Shown here: positions 1 to 10,257 of the stretch, piece after piece
Position numbering within the stretch: position 1 is the stretch's first letter
Layout: each line of letters starts with the position of its first letter
Assembly (NCBI RefSeq): GCF_006345805.1
Contig: NW_021836392.1
Coordinates: forward strand, 1 to 24,729
Length of the DNA stretch: 24,729 bases
Direction of reading: 5' to 3'
Source: Octopus sinensis
Taxonomy: Eukaryota
Translations under genes and position numbers: made by a program
The notes under the pieces: model-generated
Seen by the model: only the letters and a program-made list of their open reading frames with translations
Told to the model about the DNA's origin: nothing
The model's database searches: none

Positions 1-23
1 AATTTTAATTAGTTCTAAGAGGA

Positions 24-150
24 TAAGGCATCAGAATCAATAGAGTGCCGGACAAAATGTTTGCGATATTTTTGTCGCGGTTTCCTTACATTCAAATGCC
101 GCGGCAGATCAACTGTCATTCATCCATCTAGAATCGGTAAGAACCATCAC
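24..150 (+). mobile_element. Degenerate tRNA-derived SINE, same family as the copy at 23683-23856
   Basis: cagaatcaatagagtgccggacaaaatg...ttcaaatgccgcggcagatcaactgtcattcatcc aligns by eye to ttcaaattccgccgaggtcgactttgcctttcatcc at 23704-23739. Heavily diverged. Confidence 0.55.
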
Positions 151-1115
151 TTGTTGATCTAATATTCTAATAAAATTAAATGTAAAGGTAACTATAACGA
201 AATATCAAAAGTCGTCCTATCCCCTTCGACCATTCTGAATAATGGTTCCTATACTGACAAATCCTCGAGAAAGACGAAACAGGATTTTAAACATGGTATT
301 TAAATTGTGTATACAAATAATCGGAAAAAATTGCTAGGACAAAATCAAAATCGATCGGGATATTTGCGAACATTGGAATGAGATAAAGTTTTCAAACTTT
401 GGGAATTATTCCTGGCACCTTTTCTGTAATTATGATCGTCATGTTCATCTTAAGTAGCACTCCACAAGGTACAGAAAGAATTAAAAATACTTTTAAAATG
501 TTTCTAGATAACTTTTTCTAACTACTCGAATATTTTTGCGGCCTTTTCTTTTTTTTTCTTTTTTTAGAGTTAATATTGTCCAGATACCAAGGTTTATTCT
601 AGTTTTTTAGTTTTTAATTAAAAAAAAAAACCCTTTTATTGCTATCGTGTTTGAAATGAGTGCGGGTTGTCTGTGAAGTAAGAGCGTCAGTGCGCTGTCG
701 ACACGTCAACAGTTTATGTTAGTCACAGTATCTTGCAAAGATTTAATACCAAAAATAAGTTCTTGTTAATCACTTACCTTCACTATTTAAAAATCAAGAT
801 ACACATGCATTACTAAATATAAACTTTTAACCAAATTAATTACTATTTCAGTATAGCAAAGACCTATATATTCCCTAATGTGGTCGACTGCATGTGCGCC
901 GTAATCAGCTATTTTGACAGATTTCATGTCAAGAAGCCACGTATTAAGTTTCTAATACGTCTCTAAAATATCTGTTACTTCATAAGTCTATATTGTTAAA
1001 TAAAATTATCCATTGACACGAATAAAGTAAATTTAGAAAACTGTTATCGAACTCTGAACAAGTTCTAAAATAAATTAAGAACATATATATATAAGAAAAA
1101 AAAATCGCTAAGTAC

Positions 1116-1757
1116 CAGCAACTTTCTTGCAAATATTCTCAAGTTCAACTGCTTTATTGGTATTGATATCAACTTTTGGAGACTTCAACTCGGATTTTCG
1201 TTTGGTATTCTCAGGCTTAGTGGCGTTATTTAAAGCAGAATTCTGTTGACCAGAAGAAACCGGTTTAGACGGTGTATTGACGGTTTGTTTGCGTTGAAAT
1301 GATAGTTGAACTTTTGCCTCTGCTTGAGGCAAGGACGGTCCATTGACAGATTGATTAGCAACAAGTGGTATAACTTTCAGCTGATTTTTCTCCAATTTTG
1401 GAGACTTAGGTTCAGGAATCTTAGTAGCTGGAGATGATTCCGAAGCTGCGAAGTTTTGAACAGATACATTTTTTTTTACAGTTTTAATATTGAAAGATGT
1501 TCCAACTACTTCTGTACATTTTGACTGTTGTGCTTTCTCTCTATTTTTGTCTTTGAACTTTTTATACTTTTTTCGGTCGCCTTTTTCAGCTTTTTTCTCA
1601 ATTCTTGCCTTTTTCTCTTCTTCTTCCTGTCTAAGTCTCTGTTCCTCCATAACTTCTTCGAATGTCTTTTCTCTCATACTGAACATTGATATCAAGTATA
1701 TAATGACTGCCGAGAGAATGCAACATGTCACACCAAAAGTAAAGTGTGTATCTCCAT
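1116..1757 (-). CDS. RRBP1: First coding exon of a ribosome-binding protein 1 (p180)/kinectin-family ER membrane protein
   Basis: The translation has a hydrophobic anchor (GVTCCILSAVIIYLISMFSM) followed by REKTFEEVMEEQR and a Lys-rich stretch, matching the RRBP1/kinectin N-terminus (human ...STFSMKETSYEEALANQRKE). ATG at 1757 in aacATGG context is in frame only if one T is restored in the T4 run at 1735-1738. Probable donor G|GTACTT at 1116/1115 (phase 1). RRBP1 versus kinectin cannot be settled from this exon alone. Confidence 0.75.
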
Positions 1758-2763
1758 GTTTAAAAAATAAAAAAAAAAGATTATCAAACAGTACAAAACA
1801 GTAGATAAGTAGCCTCGGCCGGATCAGTTGAATTGTTATGTCCAGTTAAATTCTTACGTTATTCGACATGAAAAAATATTGGGGTGAATTAAAATAATTG
1901 GTAAACAATGTGTAAACAAAAATAAACAAATGCAGTTAATATCAACCACTTCTTTGCCGCCCTTGGTCCAAGTAGTTAGTTTTAAGTCCACGTAAGCAGT
2001 TCTTTCGGGAGATGAGCTGTGACAATTCTTCAGTAAATGCTGAATGACTGAAACTTAAACTAAAACTAGGAAACAAATGTTCAGTTTTTGCCAAGAATAA
2101 CTGACCGGTCTCTTGTTGCCTAAAACCTATTAATTAAACATCCAATAAAAGGGAAATGTAAGAAAGTGTGGTTTTGAGTTGGAAATTGTTTAAAAGTTAA
2201 TGTGTTGAGATGAATTGAATGTGAAGTGCTCAGTCGTCAGCGAACATAAACTATATAAACAACGGTAAACTTAGTAGTAGTGAAGTCATCGCTAAACTAA
2301 TATAGTGGGCGGTCGTCAACCAGACAACATTCCAAACAATGGACGATCGTTTTAGCTTTGCCGGCAATATCTAACGACAACTTCTATTGGTCAAATACAG
2401 TTTGACTGGTGTATCTTTCTAACTTCCTCCCATCTACATACAAATATTTATTACTTTTGTCAGTTAAATGCACCATTAATACATAAAAAATTAAATTCTA
2501 AAATTTATATATCTTATTTAGAAAACATTCCAACGTAATAATAATGTTAAAGAATGATTTTCCTGCTATCAAATCTAAATATATTCAGTAGTGCTGTAGT
2601 GGGGGTATGAACAGAAAAGCGCATTACCCAGTCTCTAATAGTGCTCGTAAATTTCATTTTGGACTTAGAATCTTTGCACTATTTCGAAACACGATGGAAT
2701 ACATTTTAATACTTATATAGGAACCTTACTGATTTGTTGCTTTAAAATCAAGCAAGTGCGACA
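1758..2763. promoter_or_regulatory. Probable bidirectional promoter and 5' UTR region shared by RRBP1-like (-) and ENOPH1 (+)
   Basis: The divergent start codons are about 1 kb apart. There are 10 CpGs in 2221-2400, a GC box GGGCGG at 2307-2312, CCGCCC at 1957-1962 and an NF-Y-type ctATTGGtc at 2386-2390. A possible minus-strand UTR donor AAC|GTAAGA lies at 1858/1857. TSS positions are not determinable. Confidence 0.55.
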
Positions 2764-2871
2764 ATGGGTGCTAAAAAGCGTTTAGCTTCGGAGTTGGAAT
2801 CTTTCTTAAGTGGTATAAAAGTTTTTTTAATTGATATTGAAGGAACAACGACTCCACTATCATTTACTAAG
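2764..2871 (+). CDS. ENOPH1: Enolase-phosphatase E1, first coding exon (36 aa)
   Basis: Translates to MGAKKRLASELESFLSGIKVFLIDIEGTTTPLSFTK, containing the ENOPH1 HAD motif I variant DIEGTTTP (human LLDIEGTTTPIAFVK). Followed by a strong phase-0 donor AAG|GTAAGC. Too short for the ORF track. Confidence 0.92.
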
Positions 2872-3758
2872 GTAAGCACTCAGCAAATTTTAGAATTTTA
2901 TTATTTGTCAAATTTTCTTTTGAAACTGAAATAAACATAGCTGAATAAATTTCTCATTTATATACATTGCTTGTTTATATTTGAAACATTTAACCCTGAA
3001 ACTTATGTTTTGTTCAGCAACCTGAACGATAAGGTTTTGCATTCATTGCCTTTCATGTTGCACTTCTTGAAGCTTTATTTATACTTTTATTATGGCAAGT
3101 TCCAGCCCGGGCTCTATGCTTTGCAACTTTAAACCAGTTTAAAAATCGGGTTGGAATAAGTAAAAATGAACAATCTTTTTCTCTTCACTCTTTGCTGAAA
3201 ACGGGTGGTGTGTGTATTCTTTACCTCCGACAAAAAAAAAATAAAAAAATAAAATATTATTCTTGGTACTAAACACCTGAATTATGTAAACACCTCATTG
3301 CGACGACGTTTCGTTTTATGATCCAGAAAGTGGAACTTCTGAAGTTCGAAATAGTATTTATTTTCATTTCCCGCCGCACATGGACATTTTCATCTTGGAA
3401 TATAGTTGTGACCCAACGGGTCACGGTGAGTGTGTATATATATATATGGGAGCAACTGTCTTTGAAGATTCATATTGTCGTTGAATGCTCGAAATGAGTA
3501 GATAGACAGCCGATAACCGATGAAGAAGGGTCCTTTCTCTGTGTTTACTTATCCTGTTTTCCATTCTTTTTCTCAGTGTCTACGTATTTTACTCCTCTTT
3601 CCCTCGTTTGTTTACCTATTTCATGCTATTTGCACCGTTGGTGACGTTCTGTACCCATATATATATATATATATATATATAATTATATATATATTATTAT
3701 AAGAGAACAAAGTGTACGTACGCCGCTATATATATATACCTATATATATATATATATA

Positions 3759-4279
3759 TAAAATAAAGTACAAAATGGGACAAGAAAGGGATCTTTTCGG
3801 TTTGAACGGCAGTTTTTAAAAATAATTTCCACGTAACTAAACACTTTTAAACTTCGTATACTGGTAGAATGTGTTTGTAAAACATCTTTTTCTCTTGGCT
3901 TTATTGAGAAAATTCTATGGTTTGTAAGATATTTGTTGTTTTTTTCTTCAATTTCTGCAATTTCAACCAATCAATGACATCTATTAAGGTGAAAACATTC
4001 TGTGCCGTATGAATATGTCCCTCGTTTAAGAAACAGATTGGGTACCCTTCCCCCCACCCCTAACCCTAAAACAGATTGAAATGCAATAGATCGATACTAG
4101 GGTCATAATTATGGGTAACAATTTCATATGATACCGCTAGAAAAAACTGCCGTTCAAACCGAAAAGATCCCAAGAACGCAAAACAACCGGACAACTAGGC
4201 GATACAAAAGGGGTCTCTTTTTGTATCAACTAGTTGTCTGGATATTTTGCATTCTTGTCCCATTTTGTATTTTATTTTA
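3759..4279. repeat. About 130-bp palindromic element (about 65-bp arms) interrupted by the MITE at 3789-4170
   Basis: Left arm taaaataaagtacaaaatgggacaagaa[MITE]..gcaaaacaaccggacaactaggcgatacaaaag is the reverse complement of ctttttgtatcaactagttgtctggatattttgcattcttgtcccattttgtattttatttta. Centre near 4213. Confidence 0.85.
3789..4170. mobile_element. Non-autonomous TIR DNA transposon (MITE), 382 bp, about 28-bp TIRs, 8-bp TSD
   Basis: TIR ggatcttttcggtttgaacggcagtttt from 3789 and aaaactgccgttcaaaccgaaaagatcc ending at 4170. Flanks are caagaaag (3781-3788) and caagaacg (4171-4178). No coding capacity. Confidence 0.9.
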
Positions 4280-4408
4280 CACACACACACACACAACAGG
4301 CTTCTTTCAGTTTCCGTCTATCAAAAGTCCGAGGCTATAGTAGAAGGCACTTGCTGAAATAGTATGTGGAGTGACTGGACCCAAAATCCTGTGGTTGGGA
4401 AGCAGACA
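4280..4408 (-). mobile_element. Degenerate tRNA-derived SINE with (CA)n tail, same family as 24398-24572
   Basis: acaacaggcttctttcagtttccgtcta...aggctatagtagaaggcacttg...gtggttgg matches the copy at 24419-24540. Confidence 0.75.
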
Positions 4409-5134
4409 GGTATAAAAAAAAAAAGTGTTGGTATAGGAAATATCCCCCCTGTCCCAATTTTTCAAAACATTCCGATACAGTTGTAATCTACAGTATGTGA
4501 AAAGTATTTCCAGAAAAGAAGTTGGTTTGTGTGAATTTTCCGAAACTCATCTCCCCATGCCTTCGGAAAAGTTTTCTCCCAACAAACTCGACAGGGAAAC
4601 GAACATCTTAAGTTGTTATACCGATTAACCATTACTTCTCTATCGACATGGACCTGCGTTTGCAAGTCATCTGCTGATCACCAATAAACAGTGGGAGCTG
4701 AAGTTCAAAAAAGAAAGAATCTTGACTCATGTCTACATACACGTTTGTGGCGATTCATCAAACATTGATTCATTAGAGCATACCACTTAATTGTGGATTT
4801 ATTCCAGCGTTAGAGGCAACTTAATTGTATTTCCAGTGTCACTTTCACAATACCATTTCATTTGCAGAACTCTGCAGATTTCAGTAGTTTCACTTTCTTA
4901 ATCAGAAGCATCTCCTAGTCGTAAACGGGATAAGTTTATTTCCGATTTAAAGAGTTTGTATAAACAAATTACTTAACATGAAACTTAGTCTTATTTGAAT
5001 TGTATGACTGCATTGCACTAATCTCGGTTAATGTTTTTACAATATTACCCGGAAGCAACAACAAAAAAAAGTGCAACGGGTGTAAAAAAAAAGATGTGTA
5101 TGGAACGAATATGAAAACAAAAATGCGCGCAAAG

Positions 5135-6205
5135 CAACGGGGGTGGGGAGAGAACTTTCGGAAAATTCACAAGATCCAAGTTTTCCCCTAATAACTTGTG
5201 GGAAAACGGGTTTTTTAAAGTGAAATTCCATATAAATATCTTTCAAACGGCATACATTACGGTTATAAAGTAATTTTTTGGGAAAATCTTTTCCGAGGGA
5301 GTGAGGAGAAGACTTTCGGAAAATTCACAAGTTCCGATTTTCTCCTTCATAACTTTGAGAAACATGGATATCTTTTAATGAAAGTTTATATAAATGCCTT
5401 TCAAACGGCATACCTTTCTATCTATACTCAAAATACTGAGTGTTTATGAGGAAGCCTGAAAAAAGTGTATCGTTCGACCCGGAATGCGACTTAGCTACTT
5501 AAAACAATATATTGCTCGGTTACTTTTCATACGGGTCGTCTCACCGCCAACCCAGCGACTTCATAAGATTCCTTTGGGGGCTGCAAGACAATACCCATGT
5601 TCCTGACACGGAATAATGTATACCGGTTCTTGATAAATCATTCTTCTTACACCCACTGAGCTTGTTAACTTGCTTATTGGTGACTGAGAGAACTTGTAGT
5701 AATTAACCGAAAATATTAAACAAATAAGGAATATATATGAGATATGCTAAAAGCAACAGCTAAATCGCCCTTGACTTTTCCTATAGTGAAACCATATTCA
5801 ACACCATATTTATGAATTTGTTTTTTACACACGTTGCACAAACCAATCTGTTTTTTACACACGTTGCACAAACCAATCTATGTTTTTTACACACGTTGCA
5901 CAAACCAATCTGTTTTTTTCAAACTCTTTTCCATTACACTCAAGCAAAAAAAATAATTTATAAATTTCCTTCTCTTCGAAATTCCTCTCCCCACCCCATC
6001 GGAAAAGATTTCCCCCACAAATTACTTTTTAACCGTAATGTATGCTTTTTCAAAGATATTTATATAAAATTTTATGGCAATCTTTCGTTTTGACTCAGGG
6101 ACGTGAACATAGCCGTTTTCCTCAAAGTAATGGGGGGGGATCGGACCATGTGTATTTTCCGAAAGTCTTCTCCCCACCCTCTCGGAAAAGATTTTCCTCC
6201 ATAAA
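5135..6205. repeat. Unclassified repeat: about 158-bp unit (ggggtggggagaagactttcggaaaattcacaag...) in two plus copies and two inverted copies, with a further inverted copy at about 4500-4600
   Basis: gaaaattcac recurs at 5161 and 5319. The reverse complement of 5985-6062 closely matches 5236-5310. ttttccgaaagtcttctccccaccc lies at 6155-6179. Confidence 0.75.
5820..5911. repeat. 30-bp minisatellite, 3 identical copies
   Basis: gttttttacacacgttgcacaaaccaatct at 5820, 5850 and 5882, with a 2-bp spacer before the third copy. Confidence 0.95.
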
Positions 6206-6826
6206 TTTCTGGTAAATTGTTCAGTTCAGGGATTTTAAAATAGTAAATAAAAATTAAGGGGGAGGTAACTAGTAAAGGGATATAAGTCAACTTACTGTTA
6301 AACAACAAATACTGTAGTGAGGGAAGCTGGCTAATTACAATTTTCGCAAGTGTATAAATTTATAAGTAGTCGACGTCGTGCCAACCACTGAAGAATTTTG
6401 TTTCGTGATTCGGCTACTTGGGTTATATTCCAAGATTACTTCACGGTTGAGGATTTCAATTTCAGGGAAAATGAAATGCGGTTTCGCTGGTCTTCCACGT
6501 GCCATTCTGATCAATTCCAAAGTAAATAATATCCAGTATTTATGTTGACTGATATACATACATGCATGCATATTCAGATGAATATGGTACTTAGGTTGAG
6601 GCACCAGAATTTAGTACGGTATTATCCATACAATTTCAAAGTAAGCTGATTAAAATCAAAATAAGCAACAAGGATATCCAGAGGTAATGCAGTAGAATCG
6701 TTTCAGGCAACTCCATTTAATTGAACAATGCAATCATTACATCAATTTAAAATACAGAGCAATATTCAGCCACACAAAGACATAGAATTTAATTAAATTA
6801 GAACAGATGGACACATTAGTATAATT

Positions 6827-7220
6827 CATCATCATCATCAATACCCAATAAATGGCCACGTTCGGATGGTTCTCTTATGTGCCACCGGCACTGGTATCAC
6901 AGCTACAATTTCCATTGATGTTGATCAATTTTGATTTTCACTTGCCTCAACAGGTCTTCACAAGTAAAGTTTTGTGTCCCAAGAAGGAGAGGTATGCATA
7001 GGTGGACTGAGGCCACGGGTTATGGTCTCACTTGTCCTGCCGGGTCTTCTCACGCACAGCATACTTCCATAGGTCTCGGTCTCTAGTCATTTCCTCGATG
7101 AGACCTAAAGTTCGAAGGTCGTGCTTCACCACCTCGTCCCAGGTTTTCCTGGGTCTACCTCTTCCACAGGTTCCCCTCAACCGCTAGGGTGTGGCACTTT
7201 TTCACACAACTATCTTCATC
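6827..7220 (-). mobile_element. RTE LINE family A, 3' fragment (ORF C-terminus plus partly deleted 3' UTR)
   Basis: The reverse complement encodes ...[22 protein letters not shown]-like sequence. (cat)n tail at 6827-6840. Confidence 0.9.
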
Positions 7221-7574
7221 TGAAATCTAGAAGTTAAAGAGATAGGCAAAGAACATGCTGTCTCACTCCAGCATAGAAGTTACTAAGTTTTTCAAGAAGA
7301 TAAACATTGTTACAGACTCTGCCTGTCACTGATTTTTTTTTTGTTTTTATGTGGTCAGTTTTAATTTATAGATTAGTTCATCAAATCCCTTGTATATCTA
7401 ATGCTGAGACAACAGAGGGCAGTATCTATTTGGGGTAGGGCTGAGGGAGCAGACAGACATCATAGTTGGTATATGTGTCTATATATATATATATATACAC
7501 ATGTATATGTATATATATCTGTATACACGTGTATATATATGTATACATATGTGTATATATATATACATATATAC

Positions 7575-8150
7575 ACACCATGATGGTCCTGTGGAGGACA
7601 TTCGTTCTCAGCTGCCTGGATTACTGCTCACAGCTATGGTCAGTGTGAAATTAACAGCGGACCTTGAAGCAATCCAGAGAAGATTCACAAAGAAGATCAT
7701 CCCTTTGCAACTGCTCAGCTACTAGGAAAGGCTGAAACAGGTAAGACTCTATACCATGGAGAGAAGGCGGGAGAGGTGTGCAGTAATATACATCTGGAAG
7801 GAATTGTGCTAAATTTTGGCATTGAAAGCTACACCAATGCCAGAAGGGGATGATACTGCATAGTGCCAAAGATCCCAGCAATGCTATCGTGCTTCAGACC
7901 TGGGTTTCAAGGGCCCACAGTTTTTTAATATTCTCCCAAAGAGCCTGAGGAACCTGCACAAAGTAGATGTAGACGTTTTTAAATCAAAGCTGGAGCTCTT
8001 CCTGTCGAGAGTCCCAGATGAACCTACATCAAGGCAAAAGCTGCAAATCACGGTAGCTATATCAAACTCCATTCTTCACCAAGTGAAACATATTGGAGGA
8101 GGCTCTCAGTAATAACAGTGTGGCTGCAGCTCAGTTGAAACTACATAAAA
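7575..8150 (+). mobile_element. CR1/L2-group LINE 3' fragment, decayed
   Basis: Translates with stops and frameshifts to [41 protein letters not shown] and FKGPQFFNILPKSLRN..FKSKLELFL, typical of the post-RT region of these LINEs. Confidence 0.85.
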
Positions 8151-8192
8151 AAATGTGTATACATCTGTATATATAAATATATACAGAGAGAG

Positions 8193-8587
8193 AGAGCAAT
8201 AAGAAAATGGAGGGGATTAACAGGTGGTTCATCAACTTTTAGACATTATATATATCAACTTATTTATTTATTTACTAAAATGGCAATTACAAGAATATAC
8301 ATACATGTATAACATATTCTGCTTTACATATAAAGTATATTAATATATAAGGACACCAGTAATTATTAAAATATAACATGCAGGAATATAAATTGGGTAT
8401 TCCTGTATGTTGTATTTTAATAATTACTGGTATCTTTATATATTGATACATTTTATATGTAAAGCATAATATGTTATACATGTATGTATATTCTTGTAAT
8501 TGCCATTTTAGTAAATAAAGTTGACATAATATAATGTCTAAAATTTGATGAACCACCTATTGATCCCCTTCATTTTCTTATTGCTCT
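8193..8587. repeat. About 395-bp near-perfect palindrome (about 195-bp arms, 9-nt loop), probably a MITE-like element
   Basis: agagcaataagaaaatggaggggattaacaggtggttcatcaa...gcaggaata [taaattggg] tattcctgt...ttgatgaaccacctattgatccccttcattttcttattgctct. Roughly 90% arm identity by eye. Confidence 0.92.
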
Positions 8588-8838
8588 ATAAATTAATGGT
8601 AAAATATCTCTTACCCTCCACCCATTTCATACACTTGGTAATGTAATTGGAATGCAATAAAAAACACTTGGGTATTCTACCAGCAGTATATTGGATAGAT
8701 ATTATCCCTTAGTAGAGATTCACAACCTCTAACTTACTTGGAATATATATATATATATATATGTGTGTGTGAGTGATATATATATCTGTGTGTGTATATA
8801 TACATTTGTGTGTGTATGTATGTTTATATATATATATA

Positions 8839-9156
8839 TCATCGTTTAACATCCGCTTTCCATGCTAGCATGGGTTGCATGGTTTGACTGGGGTCTGGGA
8901 AGCCAGGAGGCTGCACCAGGCTCCAATCTGATCTGGCAGTGTTTCTACATCTAGATGCCCTTCCTAACACCAACCACTCCGTGAGTGTTGTGGGTGCTTT
9001 TTATGTGCCACTGATACGGAACCCAGTCAAGGCGGTGCTGGCATTGGCCACATTCGGATGGTGCTTTTTACGTGCCACCGGCACAGGTATCACAACTATG
9101 ATTTCCATTTGATTTTTTGATGTTGATGTACTTGACTCAATAGGTCTCCTCAAGCA
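8839..9156 (-). mobile_element. RTE family A 3' UTR fragment
   Basis: catcgtttaacatccgctttccatgctagcatgggttg is the reverse complement of the shared 3' terminus. Contains two gtgccggtggcac-type sub-repeats. Confidence 0.9.
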
Positions 9157-9183
9157 CTGTGTGTGTATATATATATATTATTA

Positions 9184-10135
9184 TCATCATCATCATCATC
9201 CTTTAATGTCCACTTTCCATGCTAGCTTGGGTTGGACGATTTGACTGAGGACTGGTGAACCAGATGGTTGCACCAGGCTCCAATCTGATCTAGCAGAGTT
9301 TCCACACCTGGATGCCCTTCCTAACGCCAACCACTCCGAGAGTGCAGTGGGTGCTTTTACATGCCACCTGCACAAGGGCCAGTCTAGCGGTACTAGCTAT
9401 GGCTATGCTTGAAATGGTGTTTCTTTACTTGCCACCTGCATAGGAGTCAGTCTAGTGGCACTGGCAACAACCTCGCTCGAATGTTTCGTTTATATGTCAC
9501 TGGCACAAGTGCCAGTTAGGCGACACTGTTAACGATCATGCTCAAATAGTGCTTTTTATGTGTTCACCGGCACGGAAGCCAGACAGCTGCTCTGACAGTG
9601 ATCCCGCTCGGATGGAGCTGTTAGTGCTCCACTGGCACGGGTACCAGTCATCAAATTTGCTTCAATTTCGATTTCACTTGCCACGACAGGTCTTTGCAAG
9701 CAGAGTTATGTGTCCAATGAAGGGAGGGTGGCATGGGTGCCAGTCGTCGAATTTGGTTCAATTTTGATTTCACTTGCCTCAACAGGTCTTCGCAAGCAGA
9801 GTTTTGTGTCCAAACAAGGAAAGGTATGCATAAGTGGACTGGCTACATCCCTGGTAAAGGCCACGGGTTATGGTCTCACTTGTCCTGCTGGGTCTTCTCA
9901 CGTACAGCATATTTCCAAAGGTCTCGGTCACTAGTCATTGCTTCAGTGAGGCCTAATGTTCGAAGGTCATGCTTCACCACCTCGTCCCAGGTTTTCCTGG
10001 GTCTACCTCTTCCACAGGTTCCCTGAACCACTAGCATGTGGCACTTAATCACACACCTATCTTCATCCATTCTCGCCACATGACCATACCAGCATAATCG
10101 TCTCTCTTGTACACCACAAGTGATGCTTCTTAGGT
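9184..10135 (-). mobile_element. RTE family A, 5'-truncated copy
   Basis: Encodes [45 protein letters not shown] (track ORF 9876-10205), followed by the 3' UTR and (gat)n tail. Confidence 0.92.
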
Positions 10136-10141
10136 GTATAT

Positions 10142-10182
<41 letters not shown>

Positions 10183-10257
10183 TGTATGTATATATGTATA
10201 TACATATATGTATGTATATATGTATATACATATATGTATAGACATATATGTATGTAT

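Noticed and set aside
1490-1804. 104-aa plus-strand ORF
   Set aside because: It is the antisense shadow of the Lys/Glu-rich RRBP1-like exon, hence Phe/Ser/Leu-rich with no recognisable domain.
2764-2787. N-terminal MGAKKRL as a myristoylation signal or NLS on ENOPH1
   Set aside because: It lacks the preferred Ser/Thr at position 6, and three basic residues are too little to call an NLS from sequence alone.
3408-3424. Perfect 7-bp hairpin gtgaccc-aac-gggtcac as a Helitron 3' end or terminator
   Set aside because: No CTRR follows and no matching 5' TC end could be identified. Intrinsic terminators do not apply in this eukaryotic context.
4058-4069. ccctaaccctaa as an interstitial telomere
   Set aside because: Only two hexamers, and they lie inside the MITE body.
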